64,000 nucleotides of DNA. Source: Gammaproteobacteria bacterium. Lineage in GTDB: Bacteria > Pseudomonadota > Gammaproteobacteria > Eutrophobiales > Eutrophobiaceae. Location: contig CBDCDS010000003.1 of NCBI GenBank assembly GCA_965215365.1, positions 2,048,001 through 2,112,000 on the forward strand, read 5' to 3'. Numbering within the stretch: position 1 is the first letter of the stretch; every line of letters begins with the position of its first letter. The position numbers and the translations under genes are program-made. Below are positions 34,323-45,116 of this stretch, one piece after another. Under the pieces are notes generated by a model. It had not been told where the DNA came from and made no database searches. It saw only the letters and a list, made by a program, of their open reading frames with translations.

Positions 34323-37300
34323 AGTTTTACCCGCTCTGGAAAATCCAGATTAACGTTGGCCGCGCCCAGCATCGCGGCAAGTTCGGCCAGCAATTCATCA
34401 CTGACGGCTACCGTCCAGTCGCGCCCGAACTTCAGGACGGCGCAGATGTTGCCGTCATTATATTCCATTGTCACCGGGTTTGTCCCACTGCCGTAACGCG
34501 ATAAAACTGTTTTCAGTTCGGGCGCTAGCCCGTTGCTCAGCATATTTTTATGAATTTTCAGGCTGACGGACGCAAACTCCCGGCGCAACCGGGCAAGTGA
34601 GAAAACTTCGGCGGCAACAATGGCTACACCCGTTTCGTAATAGCTGTCCTCCACTGCTTCACCTTTTATGATAACCAGTTTATTTTTTTGCAGTAACTCA
34701 CTGTATTTAGAATAGTTTTCACTATATACAGTCACCTGGATGCGGGCTGTTTTGTCATCCAGCACGAGCTCTGCCATGCGTCCCTTGGCACTACTGCGCA
34801 TGCGCACGGTTTCGATATATCCGGCCACGGTCAGCGCCATGCCCGGCTTCACCTTGTGCAGACGGGAGCTGATAAAGGGTGACAGTTCGCGTTCATGGCG
34901 CGTGATGGGATGACCGACTAGGTAAAACCCCAGTGTCTCCTTCTCACCTTGCAGCCGTTCTGAGTCTTCCCAGTCCGGCGCCTGCACATAGGGCGTTTCG
35001 AGCGCGCCGGCAGTCGCAGCCGGCAGGGTCAACAGCTCGGCGCCGAACAGGTCATCCTGACCGGTATCGGCATTGCTGGCATATTGTTCGGCAAACCTGA
35101 GCGCCTTGTCTAGGCTGGCCATAAGCACGCTGCGCGGTTGCTTGAAGTCATCCAGCGCGCCGGCGCGTAGCAGCGCTTCTAGCACTCGCTTGTGGGCGCG
35201 GCGCGTATCAATGCGGCGGCAGAACTCGAACAGGTCGGGGAACTCGCCGTGTTGCGCGCGCGCCTCGCACACGTTGACCAGCGCGGCGCGACCGACGCCC
35301 TTGATGGCACCTAGGCCAAACAGGATGGTCTTGTGGTCCAACACTCTGAACTTGTAGTCGCTGTGATTGATAGAAGGCGGTTTGATGACCAGCTTCATCC
35401 TTCTCAGCTCCTCGAGCAGCCGGACGATCTTGTCCGTATTATTCATATCCGAAGACAGCACTGCGGCCATGAATGCCGCCGGATAATGGGTCTTCAACCA
35501 GGCTGTCTGGTAGGCCAGCAGGGCATAAGCGACCGAGTGAGATTTGTTAAATCCATAACCGGCAAATTTCTCCATCAAATCGAAAATGGAGGTGGCGACC
35601 TGTTGCTTGATTTGATTTTTCAGGGCGCCATTGACAAATATATCCCGTTGCGAGGCCATTTCTTCACGTTTCTTCTTGCCCATGGCGCGGCGCAGCAGAT
35701 CCGCGGCCCCCAAGGTATAACCGCCCAGGATACGCGCGATCTCCATGACCTGCTCCTGATACAGGATGACCCCGTAAGTCGGCTGCAGCACTGGTTCCAG
35801 CGCCGGGTGCGGGTAACGCACCTGCGCCCGGCCCTTCTTGCGATCGATGAAATCATCGACCATGCCCGAATCGAGCGGGCCGGGTCGGAACAAGGCCACC
35901 AGCGCCACCAGATCATCGAATTTATCAGGCTCCAGCCGCTTGATCAGCTTGCGCATACCATCCGATTCCAACTGAAATATGGCCGTGGTGTCGGTGCGCC
36001 GAATGGTGGCGTAGGTGTCGGCGTCGTGCAACGCAATGGCACTGATATCCACACTGGCCTCACCCCTGTCGGCCAGCAACCTGTTTACGTCCTTCACCGC
36101 CCAGTCGATGATGGTGAGGGTACGCAAACCCAAAAAGTCGAACTTGACCAGACCCACGGCTTCCACATCACCCATATCGAACTGGGTTGATGTCACCCGG
36201 GTATTGCGCTCACAGTACAGCGGCAAAAACTCAGTCAAGGGCCGCGGCGCAATGACGATACCGCCGGCGTGCTTGCCGGCGTTGCGCGCCAGTCCTTCCA
36301 GTTTTTTGGCCAGGTCGATGAGTATCTTCACCTCTTCTTCTTCGGCATAGCGTTGCGCCAGCACCGCCTCCGCCGCCAGGGCCTTTTCCAGTGTCATATC
36401 CAGCTCGAACGGGATGAGTTTGGCGATCTTGTCGACGAAGCCGTAGGGGTGTCCCAGCGCCCGGCCGACATCGCGCACCACCGCTTTCGCCTGCATACTG
36501 CCGAACGTGATGATCTGCGAGACCCGTTCACGGCCATAACGTTGAGAGACGTATTCGATGACCTCATCACGCCGCTCCATACAGAAATCCACATCAAAAT
36601 CGGGCAGGGATACCCGTTCGGGATTCAGAAAACGCTCAAATAACAGGTCGTGATAAATGGGGTCCAGGTCGGTGATGCCCAGCACGTAGGCGACCAGTGA
36701 GCCGCCCCCGGAACCGCGTCCCGGGCCGACCGGTATCCCTTGTTGTTTAGCCCAGCGGATGAAATCGGCCACGATGAGAAAATAGCCCGGAAACCCCATC
36801 CTGGTAATCACTTCGAGTTCATCATCCAGGCGTTGGGCATAGCGCTGAGCATCCGGGGTGCGGCCTGAAGCCTGCTGCCCGACGTGCAACTGCGCCAACC
36901 CGGCCTGTGCCTCCCGGCGCAGCCAGGCCGCCTGATCAAATCCTTCCGGCACAGGAAACTCAGGCAGATAATACTGATCAAATTCCAGCTCCAGGTTGCA
37001 ACGCATGGCAATATTGACGCTGTTTTCCACGGCTTCCGGCAGGTCCTGGAACAATTCCCGCATCTGCTCCGGCGTTTTCAGGTATTGTTCGCTGCTGTAG
37101 CCGCGCGGACGTTTGGGGTCGTTGAGGGTATAGCCGTTCTGAATGCAGACCCGGGCTTCATGGGCATTAAAATCGTCGGGGGCCAGGAATCTTGCGTCAT
37201 TGGTCGCCACCAGCGGCAGGTCAAATTCCTCGGCAAGCTCAATGGCATACTGGATATATACTTCCTCTTCTGCGCGCGCGGTGCGCTGTAATTCTAGGTA

Positions 37301-37804
37301 AAATCGTTGCGGAAACAAATTTTGGAAGAATGCCAGTTGCGCCCTGGCCTGCTGCGGCTGGTTATGCAGCAACGCCTGACCGATAGCGCCGTACACCCCC
37401 CCGGACAGGGCGATCAACCCGTGCGCACGCGTCGCCAACCAGTCCCTTTGCACGGCCGGCGTGCGGCCTTGCTGGCCCTCGGTGAAACTCAAGGTGAGCA
37501 ACTGCGACAGATTGTTAAAGCCTTTATGGTCCTGGCATAGCAGCACCAGCCGCTGGTCCTGGTCGGCGCCGTTGTCATCGGTCAGGTTAATTTCCGCGCC
37601 GATAACGGGTTTGATGCCGCGCGCCAAGCATTTACGGTAAAACTTGACCATGGAGAAAACGTTATACAATTCCGTGACCGCCCCGCTCCACATGCCGCCG
37701 GCCGCCAGGGCCTCAACGTAATCATCCACTCGTAACAAACCGTCCACCAGGGAATGTTCGGTGTGCACATGCAGGTGGACAAAGCTGTTTTCTTTCAAGT
37801 CCAT
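34319..37804 (-). CDS. dnaE: DNA polymerase III alpha subunit
   Basis: [12 protein letters not shown] domain, [21 protein letters not shown]. Confidence 0.98.
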
Positions 37805-37812
37805 GGCTGTGT

Positions 37813-37953
37813 TAACCCGCAGGTCTCACCAGGTCGCTTGTTGCATTGTGAAACATGATGGCTTTCAATAAGTTATAGTAATACTTCTGCTCTTTCCACA
37901 TAACCCACTGCGCTTGATGCGCCCTCGCTGGTCTTGGTGCTGCCTGCGGGTTA
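37813..37953. mobile_element. MITE-like element, family B copy 2 (complete, 141 bp)
   Basis: perfect 11-bp TIR taacccgcagg/cctgcgggtta; fills the rnhB-dnaE gap; homologous to 13356-13484. Confidence 0.8.
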
Positions 37954-37958
37954 TAATT

Positions 37959-38537
37959 CTATGTCTTTGGAGCGACTGATAACAAGCGCTGTACCGGCGC
38001 GAAGCTGTGGCGGTGGATTGGACAGGGGCCGAGTTCGGCCAGGGCCTGCAGGTGTTGCCGGGTCGGATAACCCTTGTGCCGCGCCAAGCCATAGCCCGGG
38101 TAGCGCTGCTCCATTGCCAGCAGCTCCCGGTCCCGGCAAACCTTTGCTAGGATTGAAGCCGCGCTGATGCAGGATTCGGTTTTATCACCCTGTACAATGG
38201 CGCTGACCGGATAACAGGTAACGGGACAATGGTTGCCGTCCACCAGCACCTGCGCCGGCGCTACGGTCAAGCCGGCGATAGCTCGTTGCATGGCCAGCAG
38301 GCTGGCATTCAGTATATTCAAGCGGTCAATCTCCCCCGGGTCGGCGCGACCGATTGACCAGGCCCGCGCCCGCGCCTGAATTTGCACAGCCAGCCGCTCC
38401 CGTCGCGCAGCCGATAACAGCTTGGAATCGGCCAGCCCGGCAATGCTGTTGCGCTCATTGAGTATCACCGCCGCGGCAACAACGGGGCCCGCCAGCGCCC
38501 CCCTGCCCGCCTCGTCAACGCCGGCCGTCAACATCAT
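37959..38537 (-). CDS. rnhB: ribonuclease HII
   Basis: [36 protein letters not shown]. Confidence 0.97.
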   Translation of the reverse strand: MMLTAGVDEAGRGALAGPVVAAAVILNERNSIAGLADSKLLSAARRERLAVQIQARARAWSIGRADPGEIDRLNILNASLLAMQRAIAGLTVAPAQVLVDGNHCPVTCYPVSAIVQGDKTESCISAASILAKVCRDRELLAMEQRYPGYGLARHKGYPTRQHLQALAELGPCPIHRHSFAPVQRLLSVAPKT

Positions 38538-39654
38538 CGATCAGGTCCAGCACTACTTGTGCGGCACCGGCGTCGGCATTGCATAGTAAATGGTGCAACT
38601 CGGTGAAACGACGCATTAAGGATTGCGTCTGCTGCGGATGCTCCAGCCAGTATTGCAGAGCCGGGCCCAGCACCTCCGCCCGACAATCCGACTGGAAATA
38701 TTCGGGCACCAGCCGCGCCTGCGCCAGCAGGTTGGGTAGGGCAACAAATTTTACTCTGAGCAGGGCCCGCAGCAGCCAGTAAGACAGGCTGTGCATACGG
38801 TAAGCCACGACCAGCGGTGTCTTGTGCAGCATGGCTTCCAGGGTAACTGTGCCCGAAGCAACCAGGGCGACATCCGCCGCGGCTAGGGTATCGGCGCTAC
38901 GGTCGCGCACTACCAGCAACTGTATGCCGCGCCGCCGCGCCGTTGTCCGTAGTTGTTGTTCCGCTTCGGCATTGATGGCATTACTGATAAAACAGATCTG
39001 CTCGTGGCGCGCAGCCAGCCAGGCTGCCGCGTCGATAAACGGACGCACCAGCCTGTTTAATTCGTCCGCTCGACTCCCCGGCAACAAGGCAACCGTGAGC
39101 ACGTTGGCCGCCAGCCCCAGACGTCGACGTGCGCCGATTGCGTCCGCTTCCAGCGCTACCTGGCGCGCCAGCGGATGCCCGACATAATGGACACTAACGC
39201 CGCGGTTGCGGAAAAATGCTTCCTCGAAGGGAAACAGAGACAGCAGGCGCTGCGCCGCGCGCTTGATGCCATGGGTCCGCCAGGGCCGCCAGGCCCAGGC
39301 TGTGGGACAGACGTAATGTACTGTTTTAATGCCTTTTTCATGTAGCGTCCGTTCCAGACCAAGGTTGAAATCGGGAGCGTCCACGCCGATAAACACATCT
39401 GGCGGATCACTGCTGAAGTAATCTGCCAGACGGGCGCGCAACCGGCTCAGCTCCCATAACTTCCCCAGCACTTCCACCAATCCCATCACCGCCAGTTTTT
39501 CCATCGGGTACAGCACGTCACAACCTGCCGCGCGCAACGCCGGGCCGCCTATGCCGGTCACCTTGAGGCCGGGCCGCTGCGCCCTGAGGTCTTCAATCAG
39601 CTGCGCGCCCAGAAAATCTCCCGAAGGCTCTGCTGCTACAATGCCGACTTTCAT
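38515..39654 (-). CDS. lpxB: lipid-A-disaccharide synthase
   Basis: EPSGD.LG, DAPDFN, VGHPL, LLPGSR, SGTVTLE, LPNLL. Confidence 0.96.
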   Translation of the reverse strand: MKVGIVAAEPSGDFLGAQLIEDLRAQRPGLKVTGIGGPALRAAGCDVLYPMEKLAVMGLVEVLGKLWELSRLRARLADYFSSDPPDVFIGVDAPDFNLGLERTLHEKGIKTVHYVCPTAWAWRPWRTHGIKRAAQRLLSLFPFEEAFFRNRGVSVHYVGHPLARQVALEADAIGARRRLGLAANVLTVALLPGSRADELNRLVRPFIDAAAWLAARHEQICFISNAINAEAEQQLRTTARRRGIQLLVVRDRSADTLAAADVALVASGTVTLEAMLHKTPLVVAYRMHSLSYWLLRALLRVKFVALPNLLAQARLVPEYFQSDCRAEVLGPALQYWLEHPQQTQSLMRRFTELHHLLCNADAGAAQVVLDLIDDVDGRR

Positions 39655-40424
39655 CTGACAATCCCGCGCTCGGACTCTTCTATGAAGCGCGCAAACCGGG
39701 CGACTTCCTCGCTCTCGGCGGCCAGCGCGCGCAGTTGCCTCAGTGCGTCTTTCAGTAACAGTCCTTCACGATAAACAATGCGATAAGCTTTCCTGAGCGC
39801 TTGTAGCGCCTGTTCCGAAAACCCGTTGCGCTTGAGGCCCACCCGGTTCAGGCCATTCGGTCTGGCACCGTTGCCGGATACCATCAGATACGGCGGCACA
39901 TCCTTGAGGATGATGGAGGCAATGGCGGCAATGCTGTGGACGCCCACATGGCAAAACTGGTGCACGCCGGTAAACCCCCCCAGTATGGCATAATCATCGA
40001 TATGCACATGACCGGCAAGGGTGGCGTTGTTGGCAAAGACGGTATGGTTACCCACTTGGCAATCATGGGCGATGTGCACGTAAGCCATGATCCAGTTGTC
40101 GTTGCCTATGCGCGTGACGCCGCCGCCCTGTGCAGTGCCGCGGTTAATGCTGCAGAACTCCCGGATAACGTTGTTGGAACCTATCTCAAGAAATGACTCG
40201 GCTTCGCCCCGGTATTTCTTGTCCTGCGGATCATCCCCGATTGAGCAAAACTGAGAGATTCTGCTGGCAGCGCCAATCCGGGTAGGGCCGGTGACGACCG
40301 CATGGGGGGCGATGACACAATCATCATCAATGCAGACCTGATCGCCAATCACAGCATAGGCGCCAATGCTGACCCCGGCTCCAATCTCGGCGCCGGCGTG
40401 CACTTTAGCGGTGGCTTCGATCAA
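39651..40424 (-). CDS. lpxA: UDP-N-acetylglucosamine O-acyltransferase
   Basis: hexapeptide repeats, PQDKKY, HIAHDC, ANNATLAGHV, VHQF. Confidence 0.97.
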   Translation of the reverse strand: MIEATAKVHAGAEIGAGVSIGAYAVIGDQVCIDDDCVIAPHAVVTGPTRIGAASRISQFCSIGDDPQDKKYRGEAESFLEIGSNNVIREFCSINRGTAQGGGVTRIGNDNWIMAYVHIAHDCQVGNHTVFANNATLAGHVHIDDYAILGGFTGVHQFCHVGVHSIAAIASIILKDVPPYLMVSGNGARPNGLNRVGLKRNGFSEQALQALRKAYRIVYREGLLLKDALRQLRALAAESEEVARFARFIEESERGIVR

Positions 40425-40870
40425 GTCTCCCGATCCGCTATGGTTGTCAACAATTCCGTGTCGGCGACGACCACATCATCAACTTTTGCCGTGCAGGAGA
40501 AACGCCAGATATTTCTACGCAAGGCCACAAACCTGACCTCAATCACCAGTTGATCACCCGGTCCCACGGTCTTTCTGAACCGGGCCTTGTCAATACCCAC
40601 CAGATAATACAGTTTGTTCCAGTGTTCGCCGCCCGCCGCCGACAACAGGCCCAGCACTGCGGAGGCCTGCGCCATGGCCTCCACCACGAACACGCCCGGC
40701 ATGATCGGCTGCTGTGGAAAATGCCCCTGGAAGAAGGGCTCATTGACAGTCACGTTCTTGATCGCAGTTAAGGACACGCCCGGCTCATAATCCGTGACTT
40801 TATCCAGCAGCAGCAGCGGATAACGATGCGGCAATGCCTGTTTTATCTGTTCAATATCCAGTTCCGGCAT
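40421..40870 (-). CDS. fabZ: 3-hydroxyacyl-ACP dehydratase
   Basis: [27 protein letters not shown]. Confidence 0.97.
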   Translation of the reverse strand: MPELDIEQIKQALPHRYPLLLLDKVTDYEPGVSLTAIKNVTVNEPFFQGHFPQQPIMPGVFVVEAMAQASAVLGLLSAAGGEHWNKLYYLVGIDKARFRKTVGPGDQLVIEVRFVALRRNIWRFSCTAKVDDVVVADTELLTTIADRET

Positions 40871-40910
40871 AGCAGGGCAATCTTCGTTCTGTGGCTCAAA
40901 ATTGTTTTCA

Positions 40911-40936
40911 GGCCACCTCTAAAAATTAGAGGGGCC
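40911..40936. repeat. solo terminal hairpin of family C element
   Basis: ggccacctctaaaaattagaggggcc matches the first hairpin of the 26693 copy. Confidence 0.8.
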
Positions 40937-40937
40937 T

Positions 40938-41951
40938 TTATTCTACCAGCTTTTCCAGCCGAAAAACTCTCCTTGCCAGCGCATCGAGTTTTCTGAATCT
41001 CGCCATGTTTTTACGCCAGGTCTGCTGCTCTGTGAGCGGCACGCCAGAGGCATAGGCACCGGGCTGCCGGATGCTGTTGGGCACGCCGGACATGCCGGCG
41101 ATGAGCACGTCATCAGCAATATCAATATGACCGGCGATGGCACTGGCGCCGCCGATCATGCAGCGGCGCCCAAGCGTGACACTGCCGGCAATCACGACGC
41201 CGCCGGCGATGGCGGTATGCTCTCCAATCCGCACATTATGCCCTATCTGCACCTGGTTATCGATTTTCACGCCGGCGCCTATCACGGTATGCTCAAGCGC
41301 GCCGCGATCGATGGTCGTGTTGGCACCGATCTCAACGTCAGCGCCGATAACAACGCTGCCGAGTTGCGGGATTTTCAGCCAGCGCCCGGCATCGTTGGCA
41401 AGGCCAAAGCCATCTGCTCCGATGACTACGCCGGGATGCAGCAATACCCGCTTGCCGAGTTTGGCACCAGCTATTACGGTGACTCCCGGCTGCAGGCGGC
41501 AATGGGTATCGATACTCACGTCGGTGCCAAGCACACAGCCGGGACCGATATAAGTCCCGGCACCGATGCTGACATTGTTGCCGATCACGGTGTTGGCGCC
41601 GACAAAACAGTCGGCGGCGATATCCGAACCGGCGTCAACCACTGCAGTCGGATGAATGCCGGGAGAGAATGGCGCGGGCGGGTGCAATAACGCGGCAGCC
41701 TTGGTATAAGCCAGATAAGGATCTTCGACGATTAAGCTGGCCACAGGACTCGCCGCCGCGGCCGCGGCATTCAACACCACCGCGGCGGCGCGCGTGGCTG
41801 CCAGATCCGCGGCATAACGTTTGTCAGTATAGAAACTGAGCTGGCCCGGCATCGCCCGGCGCAAGCTGGCAACACCGCTTATTTCAACAGCAGGATCGCC
41901 TTGCAGTTGCGCGTCCAGATGCTCGGCAATAGCACCCAGAGTGGACGTCAT
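40938..41951 (-). CDS. lpxD: UDP-3-O-acylglucosamine N-acyltransferase
   Basis: [31 protein letters not shown]. Confidence 0.97.
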   Translation of the reverse strand: MTSTLGAIAEHLDAQLQGDPAVEISGVASLRRAMPGQLSFYTDKRYAADLAATRAAAVVLNAAAAAASPVASLIVEDPYLAYTKAAALLHPPAPFSPGIHPTAVVDAGSDIAADCFVGANTVIGNNVSIGAGTYIGPGCVLGTDVSIDTHCRLQPGVTVIAGAKLGKRVLLHPGVVIGADGFGLANDAGRWLKIPQLGSVVIGADVEIGANTTIDRGALEHTVIGAGVKIDNQVQIGHNVRIGEHTAIAGGVVIAGSVTLGRRCMIGGASAIAGHIDIADDVLIAGMSGVPNSIRQPGAYASGVPLTEQQTWRKNMARFRKLDALARRVFRLEKLVE

Positions 41952-41959
41952 CTGGACTG

Positions 41960-42496
41960 TTACTCCTGAGCGTCCTCAATATTCTTCCCCGAATCATTTT
42001 CCTGTTTTAACTGGTCAATGACCAGCTGCGAGACATCCACCTTGGGACTGGCATAAATCACGCCCTCATTCAAAATCATGTCGAAGCCGTTGGTGCGGGC
42101 GACGGTGTTGATGGCATCGACAATGTCTTTCTGAATTTTTGCGATCTCCTCATTCCGACGAAAGGTCAGGTCCTCGCGAAACTCATCCTGGTTGCGTTTT
42201 AAGTCGCGGCGCGCATTCACTATATCGCGCTCGAGCTTGCTCCGTTCCGCTTCACTCATAATGGGCGCATCCTTGGTCAACCGGTCTTCCATTTCCTTCA
42301 AGGACTTCTGTGCATCGACCAGCTCCCGGTCGCGCGGGGCAAATTCCTTTTCCAGCAGGTTGCGCATTCGCTCGGCCTGGGGCGACTGCTCCAGTATGCG
42401 TATCGCGTTAACGGCACCAATCTTGTAGTCCTCCGCACTCGCGGCGGAGATGAAACAGGCCAGACAAAAACATATCAGGAAACGAATAAGCCTCAT
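41960..42496 (-). CDS. skp: periplasmic chaperone Skp/OmpH
   Basis: signal peptide, KIGAVN..RIL, LEKEF, coiled coil; bamA-skp-lpxD synteny. Confidence 0.93.
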   Translation of the reverse strand: MRLIRFLICFCLACFISAASAEDYKIGAVNAIRILEQSPQAERMRNLLEKEFAPRDRELVDAQKSLKEMEDRLTKDAPIMSEAERSKLERDIVNARRDLKRNQDEFREDLTFRRNEEIAKIQKDIVDAINTVARTNGFDMILNEGVIYASPKVDVSQLVIDQLKQENDSGKNIEDAQE

Positions 42497-42533
42497 AACG
42501 CTCACAGACTCCAAAAGTTAAAGGGTAACATAA

Positions 42534-42683
42534 GGCCACCTCTATTGATAGAGGTGGCCGTGCAGCATAAGGATATGCTGCCATTTTTAATCACGTAAGT
42601 GATTGAAAATGAAGGAAATGAAAAATCACACTTTTTCATTTCCGTCTCTAAAAATACCACGGAGGGTATTTTTAGAGGTTACC
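42534..42683. mobile_element. MITE-like element, family C copy 3
   Basis: ggccacctcta...atttttagaggttacc between bamA and skp. Confidence 0.85.
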
Positions 42684-42688
42684 ATAAT

Positions 42689-45016
42689 CTAAAAAGTTGA
42701 ACCAAAAGTAAACTGGAACGGTTGCGTCTCATCACCTGCCTGATCACCAATGGGTTTGGCTATACTAACACTTACCAGGCCAAAAGGTGAGATCCAGATG
42801 CCACTTAAGCCGGCAGAGTACCTGAGATCACCGAGCTCGACCGACTTGTCGCTGGAATACACATTGCCACCGTCAAAAAACGCGGCAAACCGGACCTGCT
42901 TGAAGTCCTTGAGAAACGGCAGCGGAAAGATCATCTCGGCACCGCCGACTACCTTGATGTTGCCGCCCAGCGGTCGCCGCCGGGTACCGCCGCGCACCGG
43001 CGTATCCTTGGGACCCAGGGTATTTTCCTCATAACCGCGTACCGAGCGCGGGCCGCCAGCATAGAAGTTCTCAAAGAACGGCAGCTCATCGGTGCCGAAC
43101 AGGCCGTCACCGTAGCCGAAATCTCCCTTCACGGTAAAAATGAATTCACGCAGCACCGGATAATACCATTGGGTGCGGTAGCCCACCTTGAAAAATTCCA
43201 GGGAATTACCGAACGAAGGGATGGATACCTCCGAACTGAAACGGTGCTGTACGCCTCGGGTCGGCAAAATTGCTCGGTTGCGCGTGTCGTAGGAAAACGC
43301 CGCAGACAGCCGCAGGATATCGAACTTGCTGCCTTCCCGTTTAATGAAATCAACCACCTGCTGGGCAAAAAAACGGTCTTCGGACAGGCGCGTATTCTCA
43401 TAGCCGAAGGCGGTGCTGATGAAATTATATTCCGTCACCGGCAAGCCAAAACTGACGCCGGCCCCTATCACCCTGCTGTCGAACGCGGTAATGTTGGCAT
43501 CATAGGCCTCTGTTTCCTGGTAATTGAGGTTGAAGCCACGGCTGATGCCGTCCATGGTGTAGTAGGGGTTGACGTAACCTAAGGCAAAGCGGCGGTTAAT
43601 GTCGCTGTTGTTAAAGGCAAACTGTATGCGTTTCCCTGAACCCAGGAAGTTGTCTTGGGTGATGCTGGTCTGGAAGATCAACCCCTGGTTCTGAGAAAAC
43701 CCCAGGCCGGCCAGGAAGTTGCCAAACGGTTTTTCCGTGACGGTATAATCAACGTCAACCTGGTCTGCGGAACCGGCGATGGCCGGTGTCTCCACATTCA
43801 CCTCCTCAAAAAAGCCCAGTCGCTGCAACCGGATCTTGCCCCGTTCCACCTTGGGGGTGGAAATCCAGCCCCCCTCGTGCTGACGCATTTCCCGGCGCAG
43901 CACCTCATCCCGGGTGCGGGTGTTGCCGGAAAAATTGATGCGCCGGACATACACCCGCTTGCCCGGGTCAACAAAAAACGTGACTTCCACCGTGTTATCG
44001 CCTTCATTGATATCCGGGATAGAATTGACATTGGCAAACGCGTAGCCGGAGCCACCCAGGCGCTTGGTCATACGCTCGCTGCTGTCGGTCACCTGCTTGC
44101 GCGAGAACAGGCTGCCCCGGGTCACGCTGATAAGGGGGTACAGGCTCTCTTCCGGCAGGATGAACTCACCCGCCAGCTTCACCCCGGAGACGGTGTATTG
44201 TCCACCTTCGGTGATATTGATGGTGATATAGATGTCCTTCTTATCGGGCGTGATCGATACCTGGGTGGAATCGATACTGAAGTTGACGTAACCCCGGTCC
44301 AGGTAAAACGAGCGCAGGGTTTCCAGGTCACCGGACAATTTCTGTCGCGAATACTGATCGTCCTTGGTAAAAAAGGACAACAAAGTGGGACTGGACAACT
44401 CGAAGTCATCGAGCAGGTCTGCTTCCCGAAACGACTGGTTGCCGACGATGTTGATCTGTTTGATGCGCGCGGCCTTGCCTTCCGATATGTCGATGGCTAC
44501 CGCCACCCGGTTATTGGACAGTGGTGTCACCTCGGAATTGATGCTCACCGCGTATTTACCGGCGGAGAAATACTGCCGTCGCAACTCCCGTTCCAGACCG
44601 TCCAGTTGCGACTGGTCAAACACCCGTCCTTCGGCAAAGCCGATCTGGTTCAGGCCGTCCAACAGGTCTTCGGTCTTGATGTCCTTGTTGCCGCTGATCT
44701 CGATGCTGCCGATGGCGGCGCGCTCTCTGAGCACGATGACCAGCACATTGCCGTCCCGTTGCAGTTGCACATCATCGAAAAAACCGGTCTTGAACAGGGC
44801 GCTGACTGCCTCGGACGACACCTCCGGGTTAAACCTGTCACCCACTTCCAGCGGCAGGTAGTTGAACACGGTGCCCGGGGTCAGGCGTTGCAAGCCTTCG
44901 ACCCGAATATCCTCAATGACAAATTCCTGCGCGGCCAGCCCGGTGCACAGGCAGGCCAGCAACAACGCCGCCAAAGTGGAGCGACACAGGCAACTTTTCA
45001 ATTTCTCCGCCAGCAT
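42689..45016 (-). CDS. bamA: outer membrane protein assembly factor BamA
   Basis: DIRVEGLQR POTRA start, TRDEVLRREMRQ, FYAGGPRSVRGY, terminal FQFTFGSTF. Confidence 0.98.
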   Translation of the reverse strand: MLAEKLKSCLCRSTLAALLLACLCTGLAAQEFVIEDIRVEGLQRLTPGTVFNYLPLEVGDRFNPEVSSEAVSALFKTGFFDDVQLQRDGNVLVIVLRERAAIGSIEISGNKDIKTEDLLDGLNQIGFAEGRVFDQSQLDGLERELRRQYFSAGKYAVSINSEVTPLSNNRVAVAIDISEGKAARIKQINIVGNQSFREADLLDDFELSSPTLLSFFTKDDQYSRQKLSGDLETLRSFYLDRGYVNFSIDSTQVSITPDKKDIYITINITEGGQYTVSGVKLAGEFILPEESLYPLISVTRGSLFSRKQVTDSSERMTKRLGGSGYAFANVNSIPDINEGDNTVEVTFFVDPGKRVYVRRINFSGNTRTRDEVLRREMRQHEGGWISTPKVERGKIRLQRLGFFEEVNVETPAIAGSADQVDVDYTVTEKPFGNFLAGLGFSQNQGLIFQTSITQDNFLGSGKRIQFAFNNSDINRRFALGYVNPYYTMDGISRGFNLNYQETEAYDANITAFDSRVIGAGVSFGLPVTEYNFISTAFGYENTRLSEDRFFAQQVVDFIKREGSKFDILRLSAAFSYDTRNRAILPTRGVQHRFSSEVSIPSFGNSLEFFKVGYRTQWYYPVLREFIFTVKGDFGYGDGLFGTDELPFFENFYAGGPRSVRGYEENTLGPKDTPVRGGTRRRPLGGNIKVVGGAEMIFPLPFLKDFKQVRFAAFFDGGNVYSSDKSVELGDLRYSAGLSGIWISPFGLVSVSIAKPIGDQAGDETQPFQFTFGSTF

Positions 45017-45116
45017 AGCGGCTTATACTGAAATACTACGACTAAAAAATCAACACTTGCCGGTCACATTTTACGGCACATTCTCCATATAACGACAAAT
45101 CAAGCCCCTGGCAGCC

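Noticed and set aside
34319-37804. Intein in DnaE
   Set aside because: 1161 aa is a normal length and no intein motifs were seen
43655-45031. 458-aa ORF antisense to bamA (also 25589-26509, 35333-36190, 33315-34121)
   Set aside because: Antisense open frames are typical of GC-rich coding DNA; no motifs
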